From assembly GCA_965202805.1 (NCBI GenBank), contig OZ241869.1:32001-96000 (forward strand): DNA of 64,000 nt, read 5' to 3'. The notes below the pieces were generated by a model, which was given only the letters and a program-made list of their open reading frames with translations, ran no database searches and was not told the DNA's origin. Numbering within the stretch: the first letter of the stretch is position 1; each line of letters starts with the position of its first letter. Positions 10,494-20,664 of the stretch are shown one piece after another. Both the position numbers and the translations under genes were made by a program. The DNA is from Longimicrobiales bacterium (GTDB taxonomy: Bacteria > Gemmatimonadota > Gemmatimonadetes > Longimicrobiales > Gaopeijiaceae).

Positions 10494-11792
10494 GTGACGC
10501 CGCGCCCGCTCTGGATCCGGGGAGGGCGGATCGTCGACCCGGCCGCGCGCTTGGACGGCATCGGCGACCTGCTCCTGCTCGACGGGCGGGTGGCCGAGTG
10601 CGGCGGCGGGGTGGAGGGCCCGGATGACGCGGAAGTGGTGGAGGCGCGCGGGCTGGTGGTCGCGCCGGGCCTGATCGACGTGCACGTGCATCTGCGCGAG
10701 CCGGGTGGCGAGCACAAGGAAACCATCGCCACCGGCGCGCGCGCCGCGGCCGCGGGCGGCTTCACCTCCGTGTGCGCCATGCCCAACACCAGCCCGCCCA
10801 TCGACGACCCGGCCTCGGTGGGGTTCGTGGTGGCGGAGGGGCGGCGGGCGGGAGGCGCGCGCGTCTACCCGCTGGGCGCCATCTCCGTCGGTCAGGAGGG
10901 CAGGAAGCTGGCGGAGGTCGGGGAGATGGTGGCGGCGGGCGCGGTCGGCATCACGGACGACGGCCATCCGGTCATGGACTCCGGCCTGATGCGGCTGGCG
11001 CTCGAGTACGCCCTCCCGTTCGGCATTCCGGTCGCCGACCACCCCGAAGACCTGGGGCTGTCCCGCGAGGGCAGCATGAACGAGGGGCTCGTGTCCGCGC
11101 GCCTCGGCCTGGTGGGCAAGCCCAACGCGTCGGAGGACATCCACATCGTGCGCGACCTGCTGCTGGCCGAGCTCACCGGCGGCCGCATCCACCTCCAGCA
11201 CGTCTCCACCGCCTGGGGGGTGGAGGCGATCCGGCAGGCGAAGGCGCGCGGGGTGCGCGCCACCGCGGAGGCCTCGCCCCACCACCTCATCCTCACCGAG
11301 GCGGCGGTCGAGGGGTACCGCACCGACGCGAAGATGAACCCGCCGCTGCGCACCGACGCGGACGTGGCCGCCGTGCGCGCGGGCCTCGCCGACGGCACCC
11401 TGGACGTGATCGCGACCGACCACGCCCCTCACCACTACGACGAGAAGGAGTCCGCCTTCGACGATGCGCCCTTCGGCATCGTCGGGCTGGAGACCGCGGT
11501 GGGGCTCGTGCTCACCCATGTCGTGGGGGAAGGGGTCATCGACCTGCCCACCGCGATCGAGCGCATGAGCCCGTCCCCCGCGCGCGCCTTCGATCTCCCG
11601 GGCGGAACCCTGACCCCGGGAAGCGTGGCCGACGTGACCCTCATCGACCCCGCCCGCACATGGGCCGTGGACCCGTCGCGCTTCCTCTCAAAGAGCCGCA
11701 ACACCCCGTTTGCCGATTACGAGCTGACCGGAAAGGCGGTGATGACGATCGTCGGCGGACAGATCGTGTGGCGGGAAGAGGAGAGCGGGTAG
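10494..11792 (+). CDS. pyrC: Dihydroorotase
   Basis: DVHVHLREPG, MPNT, KMNPPLR, ATDHAPH, SKSRNTPF. GTG start 10494 after GGAGG. Confidence 0.95.
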   Translation: MTPRPLWIRGGRIVDPAARLDGIGDLLLLDGRVAECGGGVEGPDDAEVVEARGLVVAPGLIDVHVHLREPGGEHKETIATGARAAAAGGFTSVCAMPNTSPPIDDPASVGFVVAEGRRAGGARVYPLGAISVGQEGRKLAEVGEMVAAGAVGITDDGHPVMDSGLMRLALEYALPFGIPVADHPEDLGLSREGSMNEGLVSARLGLVGKPNASEDIHIVRDLLLAELTGGRIHLQHVSTAWGVEAIRQAKARGVRATAEASPHHLILTEAAVEGYRTDAKMNPPLRTDADVAAVRAGLADGTLDVIATDHAPHHYDEKESAFDDAPFGIVGLETAVGLVLTHVVGEGVIDLPTAIERMSPSPARAFDLPGGTLTPGSVADVTLIDPARTWAVDPSRFLSKSRNTPFADYELTGKAVMTIVGGQIVWREEESG

Positions 11793-11818
11793 GAAGCCGT
11801 CCGCGTCCGCCCGCCGTC

Positions 11819-13543
11819 CTACCGTCCTCCTCCCTCCAGCGCGAACGCCCACATCCGCGGGAAGCTCCGCCCGCTCGACTGCCCGGAGCCGATCGCAACG
11901 TACTGGCGGCCGCCCGCGGAATAGGTCACCGGAGAGCCGGGACTCCCGTCCAGTTCCGCTCCCCAGAGTTCCCGCCCGTCGCGCGCGTCGAGCGCGACCA
12001 GCCGCGAGCCGGTGCCCCAGAAGACCAGACCGCCGGCGGTGGACAGGGTCCCGCCGTGGCGCCCCTCCGCCGGCACGCGCCAGACTTCCCGGTTCTCGGC
12101 CGGGTCCCAGGCCATAAGCAGGTTCGAAGGACCCTTCAGCGGCGGCCGCTCGGGGCGGGGACCGGCGTCGGAACCGCGCACCGTCCCGGTGTTCCAGACG
12201 CCCGCGGTGTACTCGAAGCCCTCCTCCTTCTCGAAGAAGGAGACAGCGTTCCTGGCGGGGAGGTACACGAGGCCGGTTTCGGGATTCCACGACATCGGGT
12301 TCCAGTTGTGCGCACCGCCGGGGCTTGGCGACAGCCACACCGCGCCCGTCTTCCCGTAGCGCGCCTCCGGCGTCTCCACCGGGCGTCCCGTCTCCAGATC
12401 GACGTGGGTGGCCCAGGTGAGGTCGTCGGCGAAGGCCTCGGCGGAAATGAGTTCGCCGGTGTGCCGGTCGATGACGTAGAAGAACCCGTTCTTGGGCGCC
12501 TGGACGATGACCTCGCGCTCGAGGCCGTCGATGGTAAGGTCCAGCAGCATCAGCGGCTGGGTCGCGGTGTAATCCCAGTCGTCGCCGGGGGTGGTCTGAT
12601 AGTGCCAGCGGAGGGCGCCGTCCGCCGGGTCGAGGGCGAGGATCGAGGAGAGGTAGAGGTTGTCGCCGCCACCCGGGCTGCGGTTGTCGCGATTCCACGG
12701 CGAGCCGTTGCCGGTACCGATGTACAGGAGGCCGGCGTCGGGGTCGCTGGCCATCCCGTCCCAGACGGTGCCGCCTCCACCGACGACCCACCACTCCCCC
12801 GTCCAGGTGTCCGCCGCGGTGCGCATGGCTTCGCTCTCGAACCCGTCCGCCGGGTTGCCGGGGACGGTGTAGGTGCGCCACAGCTGTTCCCCCGTGTCGG
12901 CGTCGTAGGCGGTGACGTAGCCGCGCACCCCGTACTCGGCGCCGGCGTTGCCGATGACCACGATGTCGCCCATGACCCGCGGCGCGCCCGTTACGGTATA
13001 GTCCGACCCGGGAGGGGTGGTCTGCGTCGACCACGCCAACGACCCGTCCGCCCGGTTGAGGGCGACCAGCCGCCCGTCCAGCAGGCCCGCGATCACCTTG
13101 TCGCCGTGCAGCGCCGCGCCCCGGTTGACGTCGCCGCAGCAGGTCCGCGGCCCGCCGCGGTCCTCGGTCGGGATCGCGGGATCCCAGCGCCACATCTCCG
13201 CGCCCGTAGCGGCATCGAGGGCAAAGACGATGCTGAACGGGCCCGTCGCGTAGAGGACGCCGTCGGCGATCAGCGGCGTGGCTTCGATTCGCGCCCCGGT
13301 CTTCGGAATCTCCCAGCTCCACGCGATCTCCAGCCCGTCGACGTTGCCGGCGTCGATCCGGTCGAGAGGGCTGTAGCGGGTTTCGGCGAGGTCGCCCCCG
13401 TGGTGCCGCCACTCCTGCTGTGCGGCGGCGGGCGCAGCGAGGAAGAGGGAGCAGACGATGGGGATGACGGTGGACGCGAGGTTGCGGGCGCCGGCGGGAA
13501 AGTCGGTCGTCGCGCGGCCCCGCGGAGCAGGCCAGTGGGTCAT
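11819..13543 (-). CDS. PQQ-dependent alcohol-type dehydrogenase (no heme c domain)
   Basis: RYSPLDRI, CCGDVNRG, GGGTVWD, YQTTPGDDWDYT, GAHNWNPMS. Confidence 0.9.
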   Translation of the reverse strand: MTHWPAPRGRATTDFPAGARNLASTVIPIVCSLFLAAPAAAQQEWRHHGGDLAETRYSPLDRIDAGNVDGLEIAWSWEIPKTGARIEATPLIADGVLYATGPFSIVFALDAATGAEMWRWDPAIPTEDRGGPRTCCGDVNRGAALHGDKVIAGLLDGRLVALNRADGSLAWSTQTTPPGSDYTVTGAPRVMGDIVVIGNAGAEYGVRGYVTAYDADTGEQLWRTYTVPGNPADGFESEAMRTAADTWTGEWWVVGGGGTVWDGMASDPDAGLLYIGTGNGSPWNRDNRSPGGGDNLYLSSILALDPADGALRWHYQTTPGDDWDYTATQPLMLLDLTIDGLEREVIVQAPKNGFFYVIDRHTGELISAEAFADDLTWATHVDLETGRPVETPEARYGKTGAVWLSPSPGGAHNWNPMSWNPETGLVYLPARNAVSFFEKEEGFEYTAGVWNTGTVRGSDAGPRPERPPLKGPSNLLMAWDPAENREVWRVPAEGRHGGTLSTAGGLVFWGTGSRLVALDARDGRELWGAELDGSPGSPVTYSAGGRQYVAIGSGQSSGRSFPRMWAFALEGGGR

Positions 13544-13580
13544 GGCGCCCTCCGGGCTGGAGTCGCCCGGCGAGTGCGTT

Positions 13581-13835
13581 CTAGCCCAGGGAGTTGACCC
13601 GGCGCGCCAGCGCGCTCTTCATGCGGGCGACGGTGTTGGGGTGCAGCAGGCGGGAGGTGGCGGCGCGATCCAGCAGGACCTGCGCCTCGCGAAAGCAGGC
13701 CTGCGCGGTCTCGGCGTCACCGGCTTCGCGCACCCTCTTCAGAGCCGTGCGCAACCGGGAACGCTTCGTGCGGTTGCGGGCATTCTGCTCCCGGCTCTTG
13801 TTCATCCGCTTTGTCGCGCTCTTGACGTTCGGCAT
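13581..13835 (-). CDS. rpsT: 30S ribosomal protein S20
   Basis: MPNVKSATKR...LLHPNTVARMKSAL; start 13835 lies within the longer ORF-track entry. Confidence 0.96.
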   Translation of the reverse strand: MPNVKSATKRMNKSREQNARNRTKRSRLRTALKRVREAGDAETAQACFREAQVLLDRAATSRLLHPNTVARMKSALARRVNSLG

Positions 13836-14047
13836 CCTGTTCCCCGGATCGTGCGGTCCTTCTCCTGCAAGCTGCGGAGGATACCCAAATCCACCACGCG
13901 AATCAACCGGTTCCGGCGACGCCGTCGCTGGCGCAGTCGCGTCTCGCGCGATCCCGTTCGATTCTCGGCGCGCGGATCGCTTCCCGCCCGTCAGGCTGCG
14001 CCCACCGGGTAGCGGGCGGGTGCAGGCGCCGGTAGCTTCCGGGTGCA

Positions 14048-14707
14048 ATGGACATTCTCCTGCTCATTCCGGTCCTCCTTCTCTCCATCATCGTCCACGA
14101 GGTCGCGCACGCATGGGTCGCGTTGCGCGAGGGCGACGACACCGCCCACAGGCTCGGGCGCATCACGTTCAACCCGCTGCCGCACATCGACCTCATCGGG
14201 TCGATACTGGTCCCGCTCGGCCTCTACTTCATGAACGCCGGGTTCCTCTTCGGCTGGGCGAAGCCCGTGCCCGTCAATCCCCGCAAGTATCACGACTACA
14301 GGCGCGGCGACATCCGCGTGTCGCTGGCCGGCATCGCGGCCAATCTGATCCTGGCGATCGGATTCACCCTCCTGGCAGCCCTGCTGGTGAAGACAGTTCA
14401 GCTGAGCGGCGGCGCGCTGGCCCGGCCGCTGGACGTGGCGGTGCGCATGGCGGAACTGGGCATCCTGATCAACCTGGTGCTCGCCTTCTTCAACCTGGTG
14501 CCCATCCCGCCCCTCGACGGATCGCACGTCTTCTACCACCTGTTGCCCCCGCGCCTGGGGGTGGCATATCGGCGCCTTGGACGCTTCGGCATGCTCATCC
14601 TCATCGCCGTGTTCTTCCTGTTCCCGGGTCCGTTCTTCTCCATCGTCCTCGCACCGGTCCGCTTCTTCATGGGAGCGGCCCAGGACTTCATCGACCTGTG
14701 GCTCTGA
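14048..14707 (+). CDS. Site-2 protease (M50) family membrane peptidase
   Basis: HEVAH, GWAKPVPVNP, FNLVPIPPLDGSH. Confidence 0.93.
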   Translation: MDILLLIPVLLLSIIVHEVAHAWVALREGDDTAHRLGRITFNPLPHIDLIGSILVPLGLYFMNAGFLFGWAKPVPVNPRKYHDYRRGDIRVSLAGIAANLILAIGFTLLAALLVKTVQLSGGALARPLDVAVRMAELGILINLVLAFFNLVPIPPLDGSHVFYHLLPPRLGVAYRRLGRFGMLILIAVFFLFPGPFFSIVLAPVRFFMGAAQDFIDLWL

Positions 14708-15480
14708 CGCCTCTCGACGCCGGCGCCGGAGAGAGCCGCGAACTGTTCGTGGTCGCGCTGGAGCGCTTTCAGGGGCCGCTGGACCTGCTTCTGCACCTCA
14801 TCCGCCAGCAGGACATCGACATCTTCGACATCCCCATCGCCGCCATCACCGATCAGTTCCTGCGTGCGGTGGGCGGGATCGGGGCGGAAGAGCTGGAGGG
14901 TGCCGGAGAGTTCGTCGAGATGGCCGCCATCCTGATCGGCATCAAGGCGCGCATGCTGCTTCCGCACCGGAGCGAGGAGGAGGACGAGGACCCGCGCGCG
15001 GAGCTGGTGCGGCGCCTTCTGGAGTACGAGCAGGTGCGCGAGATCTCGTCCCGGCTGGAGGTCATGGAGGCGCGCAGGATGCGCCGCTGGGCGAAGGGCT
15101 ACGTGCCGCCGCGTCCGCGCCCCGAGCCGCGTGACACGCCGCTGGAAACGACGTGGAAGGAAGTCTGGGAAGCCGCCCTCGCGGTCGAGCTTCCGCGGCC
15201 GCAGTCCCCGCCCAGGATCGGGGCCCGTCTGGTCTCCATGGAGGAGAAGATCGCCCTGATCCGGGAACGGCTGCGCGCCGTCGGGCGCATCGAGTTCTCC
15301 CGCCTCATTGGTTCCTGGCGTGCGCGCATGCACGGGGTCATGACGCTGCTGGCCGGGCTCGAGCTCGCCCGCCGCCGCCAGATCCGCCTGCGCCAGACCC
15401 GGCCCTTCGATGAGCTCTGGCTCTACAGGCGGGCCTCCCCGGCGGCGGAGGCCGAGAACGCCGGCGGGGAGGCCGCGTGA
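14698..15480 (+). CDS. scpA: Segregation and condensation protein A
   Basis: FQGPLDLLLHLI, IKARMLLP, EDPRAELVRRLLEY; directly upstream of scpB. Confidence 0.93.
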   Translation: MALTPLDAGAGESRELFVVALERFQGPLDLLLHLIRQQDIDIFDIPIAAITDQFLRAVGGIGAEELEGAGEFVEMAAILIGIKARMLLPHRSEEEDEDPRAELVRRLLEYEQVREISSRLEVMEARRMRRWAKGYVPPRPRPEPRDTPLETTWKEVWEAALAVELPRPQSPPRIGARLVSMEEKIALIRERLRAVGRIEFSRLIGSWRARMHGVMTLLAGLELARRRQIRLRQTRPFDELWLYRRASPAAEAENAGGEAA

Positions 15481-16052
15481 ATCCGGCCCAGGTGGTCGAG
15501 GCGATTCTCTTCTCCAGCGATGCCCCGCTGACCGCCGAAGAGATCGCGCGTGCCGACGAGAGCCTCGACGAGGACGTGGTCGCCGAAGCCATCGCGGCGC
15601 TCCGGCGCGAGTATGACGACGGCGAACGCGCCTTCCAGCTGATGGAGATCGCCGGCGGGCATCAGCTGCTGACCCGACCGGAGTTCGCTCCCTATCTGGA
15701 GCGATTCGACACGGTTCCGCGGCCGGCGCGCCTCTCGAGGCCGGCGCTCGAGACGCTGGCCATCGTTGCCTATCGTCAGCCGGTCGGACGCATCGAGATG
15801 GAGTACATCCGGGGGGTGAACTGCGCCGGCGTGATCCGGACGCTTCTCGACCGCGACCTGATCGAGGTCACCGGCCGCGGCGAGGGGATCGGAAGACCGC
15901 TGCTCTACGGGACCACCGGTCACTTTCTGGGACACTTCGGCCTGCAGTCGCTCGACGAGCTGCCGCGTCCGGCGGAGCTCCCGGTCGTGCTCCGGGAACC
16001 GGGGCCGCTCGAGGTCGGGCCGGCGGCGGAGGAGCGGTCGACCGAAGGGTGA
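15477..16052 (+). CDS. scpB: SMC-Scp complex subunit ScpB
   Basis: [32 protein letters not shown]. Confidence 0.96.
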   Translation: MNPAQVVEAILFSSDAPLTAEEIARADESLDEDVVAEAIAALRREYDDGERAFQLMEIAGGHQLLTRPEFAPYLERFDTVPRPARLSRPALETLAIVAYRQPVGRIEMEYIRGVNCAGVIRTLLDRDLIEVTGRGEGIGRPLLYGTTGHFLGHFGLQSLDELPRPAELPVVLREPGPLEVGPAAEERSTEG

Positions 16053-16182
16053 ACGCCCATGGACTGGTGGGCCGGGGAGCAAACGGCCGAGAGGCGACCC
16101 GCCTGAGGCCGGCAGGCCACGGAACGACCGCCTGGAGACTGGTGGACCCGGGAACGACCGCGGGCCGCGGGTCGGTCGCGGG

Positions 16183-16944
16183 GTGACCGGGGTGCCGGAC
16201 CCGCCCGCCCGCCCGAATCGGGGCGAGCGGCTGCAGAAGTTTATCGCGCGCGCGGGCGTGGCGTCCCGCCGGCGGGCCGAAACGCTGATCGTGTCCGGGC
16301 GGGTGCGGGTGAACGGGCGGCCCGCCACCCTGCTCGGAACCCGCGTGCGCCCGGAAGTCGACGAAGTGCGCGTCGATGGCGTCCGCGTGCGGCCGGCGCC
16401 GACCCGCTGGGTGATGCTGAACAAGCCGGCGGGCTTTCTCACGACCCGACGCGACGACCGGGGCCGCAAGACCGTATACGACCTGCTGCCCGAAACGCTG
16501 CACGGGCTCGTTTACGTGGGCCGGCTGGACCAGGCCGCAGAGGGGCTGCTGCTCCTTACCAACGACGGGGAAGCGGCGAACATGCTCGCGCACCCGCGCT
16601 ATCGGGTGGAGCGCGAATACCGGGCACGGGTCGCCGGATTGCCCGCGCGCGATGTTCTGAGGCGCCTGGTGTCCGGGGTGAAGCTGGAAGACGGCCCCGC
16701 CCGGGCGAGACGCGCCCGCGTCCTGGAGCGTGGTTCACCCCGCTCCGTCCTCGAACTGGTCCTGACGGAGGGGCGCAAGCGGGAGGTGCGGCGGATGTGC
16801 CGGGCGGTCGGTCACCCGGTCCAGCGCCTCGAGCGCGTGCGCTTCGGCCCGATCCGGCTGGCCGGCCTCGGCCGCGGGGAGTGGCGGGATCTGACGGGGG
16901 CGGAGGTGGCGGCCCTGGAGGAGATGCGCGCCTCCCGCTCCTGA
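16183..16944 (+). CDS. rluB: rRNA pseudouridine synthase (RluB/RsuA family)
   Basis: S4 domain [30 protein letters not shown]; scpAB-rluB synteny. Confidence 0.88.
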   Translation: MTGVPDPPARPNRGERLQKFIARAGVASRRRAETLIVSGRVRVNGRPATLLGTRVRPEVDEVRVDGVRVRPAPTRWVMLNKPAGFLTTRRDDRGRKTVYDLLPETLHGLVYVGRLDQAAEGLLLLTNDGEAANMLAHPRYRVEREYRARVAGLPARDVLRRLVSGVKLEDGPARARRARVLERGSPRSVLELVLTEGRKREVRRMCRAVGHPVQRLERVRFGPIRLAGLGRGEWRDLTGAEVAALEEMRASRS

Positions 16945-17029
16945 AGCGCCAGCCGGGCCACCCGACATCCGCGCCGCATCGGGCCGGGCGTGGGGGCGCG
17001 CTCCGAGCCGGCGCCTCACTGCTGCGCCG

Positions 17030-17692
17030 CTACCAGCCCTCCGCTCCCATCAGCGGCACGAACGCGCACTCCATGAGCCGTTCCGTGGTCGTCCCGGCGT
17101 GCGTGCGCCGGATGCGCACCAGCTGCTGAATCCGCCGCGACCCGACCGGGATGACCATGCACCCGCCCTCCGGGTGGAGTTGCGCTTCCAGCGTCGGCGG
17201 GGCGGCCGGTGCGGCGGCCGTGACCAGGATCGCGTCGAAGGGCGCTTCCTCCGGCCAGCCCAGGGTGCCGTCACCGGCGCGCACGCGCACGTTGTCGCAT
17301 CCCGCATCCCGCAGCAGCGCGCGCGCTGCCGCGGCCATCCCGGGCAGGCGCTCGATGGTGAGCACCTCCTCGGCGAGGCGCGCGAGAATCGCGGTCTGAT
17401 ATCCGCTGCCGGTGCCGATCTCCAGCACGCGCTGGCCGGGAGACAGCTCCAGCGCCTCGGTCATCGCAGCCACCATGTAGGGCTGGGACATGGTCTGTCC
17501 CCCGGTCAGCGGCAGGGCGCGGTCCTCGTAGGCCATTGCGCGCTGCTCCCGGGGAAGGAAGTGCTCGCGCGGAACGTCGCCCATGGCCGCGAGCACGTCC
17601 TCGCTCAGGATGTTCCTGCGGCGCAGCTGCCTCGCGACCATCCTGGCCCGTCGATCGGCGAACCGTTCCGCTTCGGTCTTCCTCGAGAACAT
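17030..17692 (-). CDS. pcm: Protein-L-isoaspartate O-methyltransferase
   Basis: GQTMSQPYMVA, VLEIGTGSGYQTA, GDGTLGWPEEAPFDAI, FVPL. Confidence 0.95.
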   Translation of the reverse strand: MFSRKTEAERFADRRARMVARQLRRRNILSEDVLAAMGDVPREHFLPREQRAMAYEDRALPLTGGQTMSQPYMVAAMTEALELSPGQRVLEIGTGSGYQTAILARLAEEVLTIERLPGMAAAARALLRDAGCDNVRVRAGDGTLGWPEEAPFDAILVTAAAPAAPPTLEAQLHPEGGCMVIPVGSRRIQQLVRIRRTHAGTTTERLMECAFVPLMGAEGW

Positions 17693-17800
17693 GCCCGCCG
17701 GATCCTGCTCGGGTTCTTCATGGAGGCCCGGCCGCCGACCTCGCCACCGCGCTGTTCGATACCGCGGGCGCGAGTCCACCTCCTTCGCGGCCGGCCCCCG

Positions 17801-20479
17801 CTACCGCGACAGCCAGTAGCTGAGCTTAACCATGAAGACGTTGTCGGGCATGACGCCGAAGAGATCGCCGAGGTCGGAGTCGAAGTCGAACCGGCCGGTG
17901 TCGGCAGCGTGATTGCGGCCCTGCGACCAGACCAGGTAGAGCACGGACCCGGGCGAATACTCCCACCTGAGGACCGTGTTCGACCGGAACTGCCTGAAGC
18001 TGAAGTCCGGGTTCCCGAACGACACCGGGCTCCCGTCCAGCTCGGTCAGGTAGCGGCTGTCCTCCGGCCGCACCTCCACCGCCTCGAAGCGGTCGGCGTA
18101 GCGCTCCGCGCGCGGGTCGGACACGCGCTTGAACTCGCCGTAGCTGCCGGAGCCCACGAAGGGCTGCGCATACACCTGCAGCGAGAGGTCGGGCGTGAAG
18201 GCATAGTCGACGCGGGCGGTCAGCCCCACCGTCGTCTGTTGGATGCGCCCGAAGAGGTAGTTGGGCGCGCCGGTGTCGATGCGCCGGACCCACTGGCGGT
18301 CGTCGAGGTTGCGGCTGAGCATGGCGCCCAGGCTGAAGGTCGCCCGCCCCGATGGCCGCACGCTCAGCGTCGGGGCAACGCCGACGGACCACGAATCACT
18401 CTCGGGGCGAACGTTGCCCCAGGAGTTGACGTTGATCCTGACCGGCTTGCGGGCGTCGCTGCCGAATCCCGCCCAGAAGTTGGTCTGGGCCTCGGTCCGC
18501 AGGAGCGGACCCCCTCGCAGCAGGCCGTCGGACCAGGCCTCGAGCTCCTGGTTCACGCCCCCGTATCCGTACCAGAAGTTCTTGAGCTGGAAGTTGACGT
18601 TGACGTTGCCTCCGCTCCCGGCGCGATCCCGGTCGTAATTCCAGACGTTCCAGGCGTTGAGGTTGACGAACCAGTTGCGGAAGGGGCCCTGGGGCGTGGA
18701 GTTGTGATATCCGCCCCAGACCCAGTGCACCAGGTAGTCGGCGTCGCGCTGGTAGCCCAGGTCGTTGACCTCGAAGCCGGGCGTGCGCGTCTGGAACCCG
18801 GTGCCGACGCGCCAGGGGCTGCCCGCGAACTTCATGACCCCGAAGTTGGCCGCACCCCCGCCCAGGCTGGTGCGTCCGTCGTCGTAGCGCACATGCCCCG
18901 CGTCGGGACGCTGGTAGTAGCGGGCCGGCGAGCGCTGGGTCCGCGCGATGGCGTCCGCCGAACCCCGCACATGGGAGCCGAGGACGTACCCCTCGAGCTG
19001 CCACGCGTCGCCCCCGAAGCGGTGCCTGAAATCGACGCCGCCGGTGTACGCCGCCGAGCGGAGACCCAGCTCTTCGGCGACGCCGGCGTTGCGGTTGACG
19101 CTGGTGCCGATGAAGCCCACGGACGAGCGGCCTTCGCCAAAGTCCTTCTGCAGCCTCAGGACCCCCTGGTTGGAGAACGGCTCGACGGGCTGCTGGAAGG
19201 GGTCGCCCGTCGCCGGCGCGACATCGGCGCGCTCCTCGGAGGTGATCGCGTGCAGCGCCCCGATCGACCATCCGCCGGCCGTTTTGCCGGAGAGCTTCCA
19301 GGCGCCCAGAATGGTGGTCTGATCGTCGGTATCCGCGAACCCGCCCTGCGGATCCGCCCATCCCTGGGGCGCGCGCCCGATCCTCCGCGAGTAGAACAGC
19401 GATTCGTTGGCGTTGTCTCCATCACCCAGGGCGATGCCGAAGTTGAAGATGCCCGCGCCCTCGACGAAGAATGGCCGCCGCTCCGGGAAGAAGGTCTCGA
19501 ACGCGGTCAGGTTCACCTGGGCGGGATCCGCCTCGACCTGCCCGAAGTCCGGGTTGATGGTCACGTCCAGGGTGATGTCGGAGGTCACCCCGTACTTGAG
19601 GTCGGCGCCGACCGACCCCAGCGCGTCGTTCCGCCGGTAGAAGGGGTTGGCCTCGTCTCCCGGAGCGCGCCGCAGACGGGCCAGCGAATAGGGCAGGACC
19701 TCCAGCCGCCTCGGCGGATCGAGGTCGCGCAACCCGCGCAGTTCGCCGAAGCGCGACACGATGCCGCCGTCGGCGCGGGTCGTGGGCGCCCACGCCGAGA
19801 GTTCCTCCCGGCGCGCGAGCTGCCGCACGAAGTTGATGCCCCAGGTCTGCTCCTCCCGATCCCGGAAGCGCAGCTGCGAGTAGGGGATGCGGAACTCCGC
19901 GCTCCATCCCGCCTCGTCGCGCGCGGTCGCGACGTCCCAGACCGCGTCCCACCCCGTGTCCTCGCTGGTGTCCTCGAACCGGTAGACGTCCTGCTTCACG
20001 CCGGCGGGGTTGACGGTGAACTGGAAGGCCGTGCGCCGGTCGAAGTAGGAGTCGATGACCACGCCCAGCATATCCGAGTACGACTGCTGGTCGCGCCTCG
20101 TCAGCTGGCTCGCGATCTCGTCCGGGCTGGCGTCATGCGCCCGCATGAACACGAACAGGGCCGCGGCGCCGTACATGACGCGAGCCTCGGTGCGCTGGGT
20201 CGCCGGCTGGCCTTCGTCAGGCTCGAACTGGGTGAACCCGGTGGCGACCGCGGCCGCGCCCCAGGCGGCCTCCTCCATCAGGCCGTCGATCGAGATCTCC
20301 GCATCGGCGACGCGCGTCGCCGGAAGGATCGGCACATTCTCGGCGCCACAGCATCCGGGCACCACCAGCGCGCCCCCCGACGTTGGTCCGGATCCCTGCT
20401 CCTGGGCCTGCATCCCGGCGCCGGAGCCCGCCAGCGCCAGCATCAGCCCGAGCATGCGTCTCATGTATCTCTTCTTCAT
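17801..20479 (-). CDS. Secreted/outer-membrane CBM9-like + DUF5916-type protein
   Basis: Signal peptide, IDG..EAAW, WSAEFRIP, TINPDFGQVEADP, FFPERRPFF, C-terminal VKLSYW. Confidence 0.8.
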   Translation of the reverse strand: MKKRYMRRMLGLMLALAGSGAGMQAQEQGSGPTSGGALVVPGCCGAENVPILPATRVADAEISIDGLMEEAAWGAAAVATGFTQFEPDEGQPATQRTEARVMYGAAALFVFMRAHDASPDEIASQLTRRDQQSYSDMLGVVIDSYFDRRTAFQFTVNPAGVKQDVYRFEDTSEDTGWDAVWDVATARDEAGWSAEFRIPYSQLRFRDREEQTWGINFVRQLARREELSAWAPTTRADGGIVSRFGELRGLRDLDPPRRLEVLPYSLARLRRAPGDEANPFYRRNDALGSVGADLKYGVTSDITLDVTINPDFGQVEADPAQVNLTAFETFFPERRPFFVEGAGIFNFGIALGDGDNANESLFYSRRIGRAPQGWADPQGGFADTDDQTTILGAWKLSGKTAGGWSIGALHAITSEERADVAPATGDPFQQPVEPFSNQGVLRLQKDFGEGRSSVGFIGTSVNRNAGVAEELGLRSAAYTGGVDFRHRFGGDAWQLEGYVLGSHVRGSADAIARTQRSPARYYQRPDAGHVRYDDGRTSLGGGAANFGVMKFAGSPWRVGTGFQTRTPGFEVNDLGYQRDADYLVHWVWGGYHNSTPQGPFRNWFVNLNAWNVWNYDRDRAGSGGNVNVNFQLKNFWYGYGGVNQELEAWSDGLLRGGPLLRTEAQTNFWAGFGSDARKPVRINVNSWGNVRPESDSWSVGVAPTLSVRPSGRATFSLGAMLSRNLDDRQWVRRIDTGAPNYLFGRIQQTTVGLTARVDYAFTPDLSLQVYAQPFVGSGSYGEFKRVSDPRAERYADRFEAVEVRPEDSRYLTELDGSPVSFGNPDFSFRQFRSNTVLRWEYSPGSVLYLVWSQGRNHAADTGRFDFDSDLGDLFGVMPDNVFMVKLSYWLSR

Positions 20480-20664
20480 CAGTCCCCTCCCTGGTCACGC
20501 CCGCCCATCCATCGATCGAAGAATCGGCGGCTCGTACGACGCCGGGTCCCGGTCGGTTTCGCGCGCCGGGCGGCGATGGCTTCAGAGCGGGCTCTGTCGC
20601 CCCGGGAAGGCCGGGCCTAACTTGCTGCCGAGTCCACGAAGCGGCCCGGGAAGGAGAGCACGTC

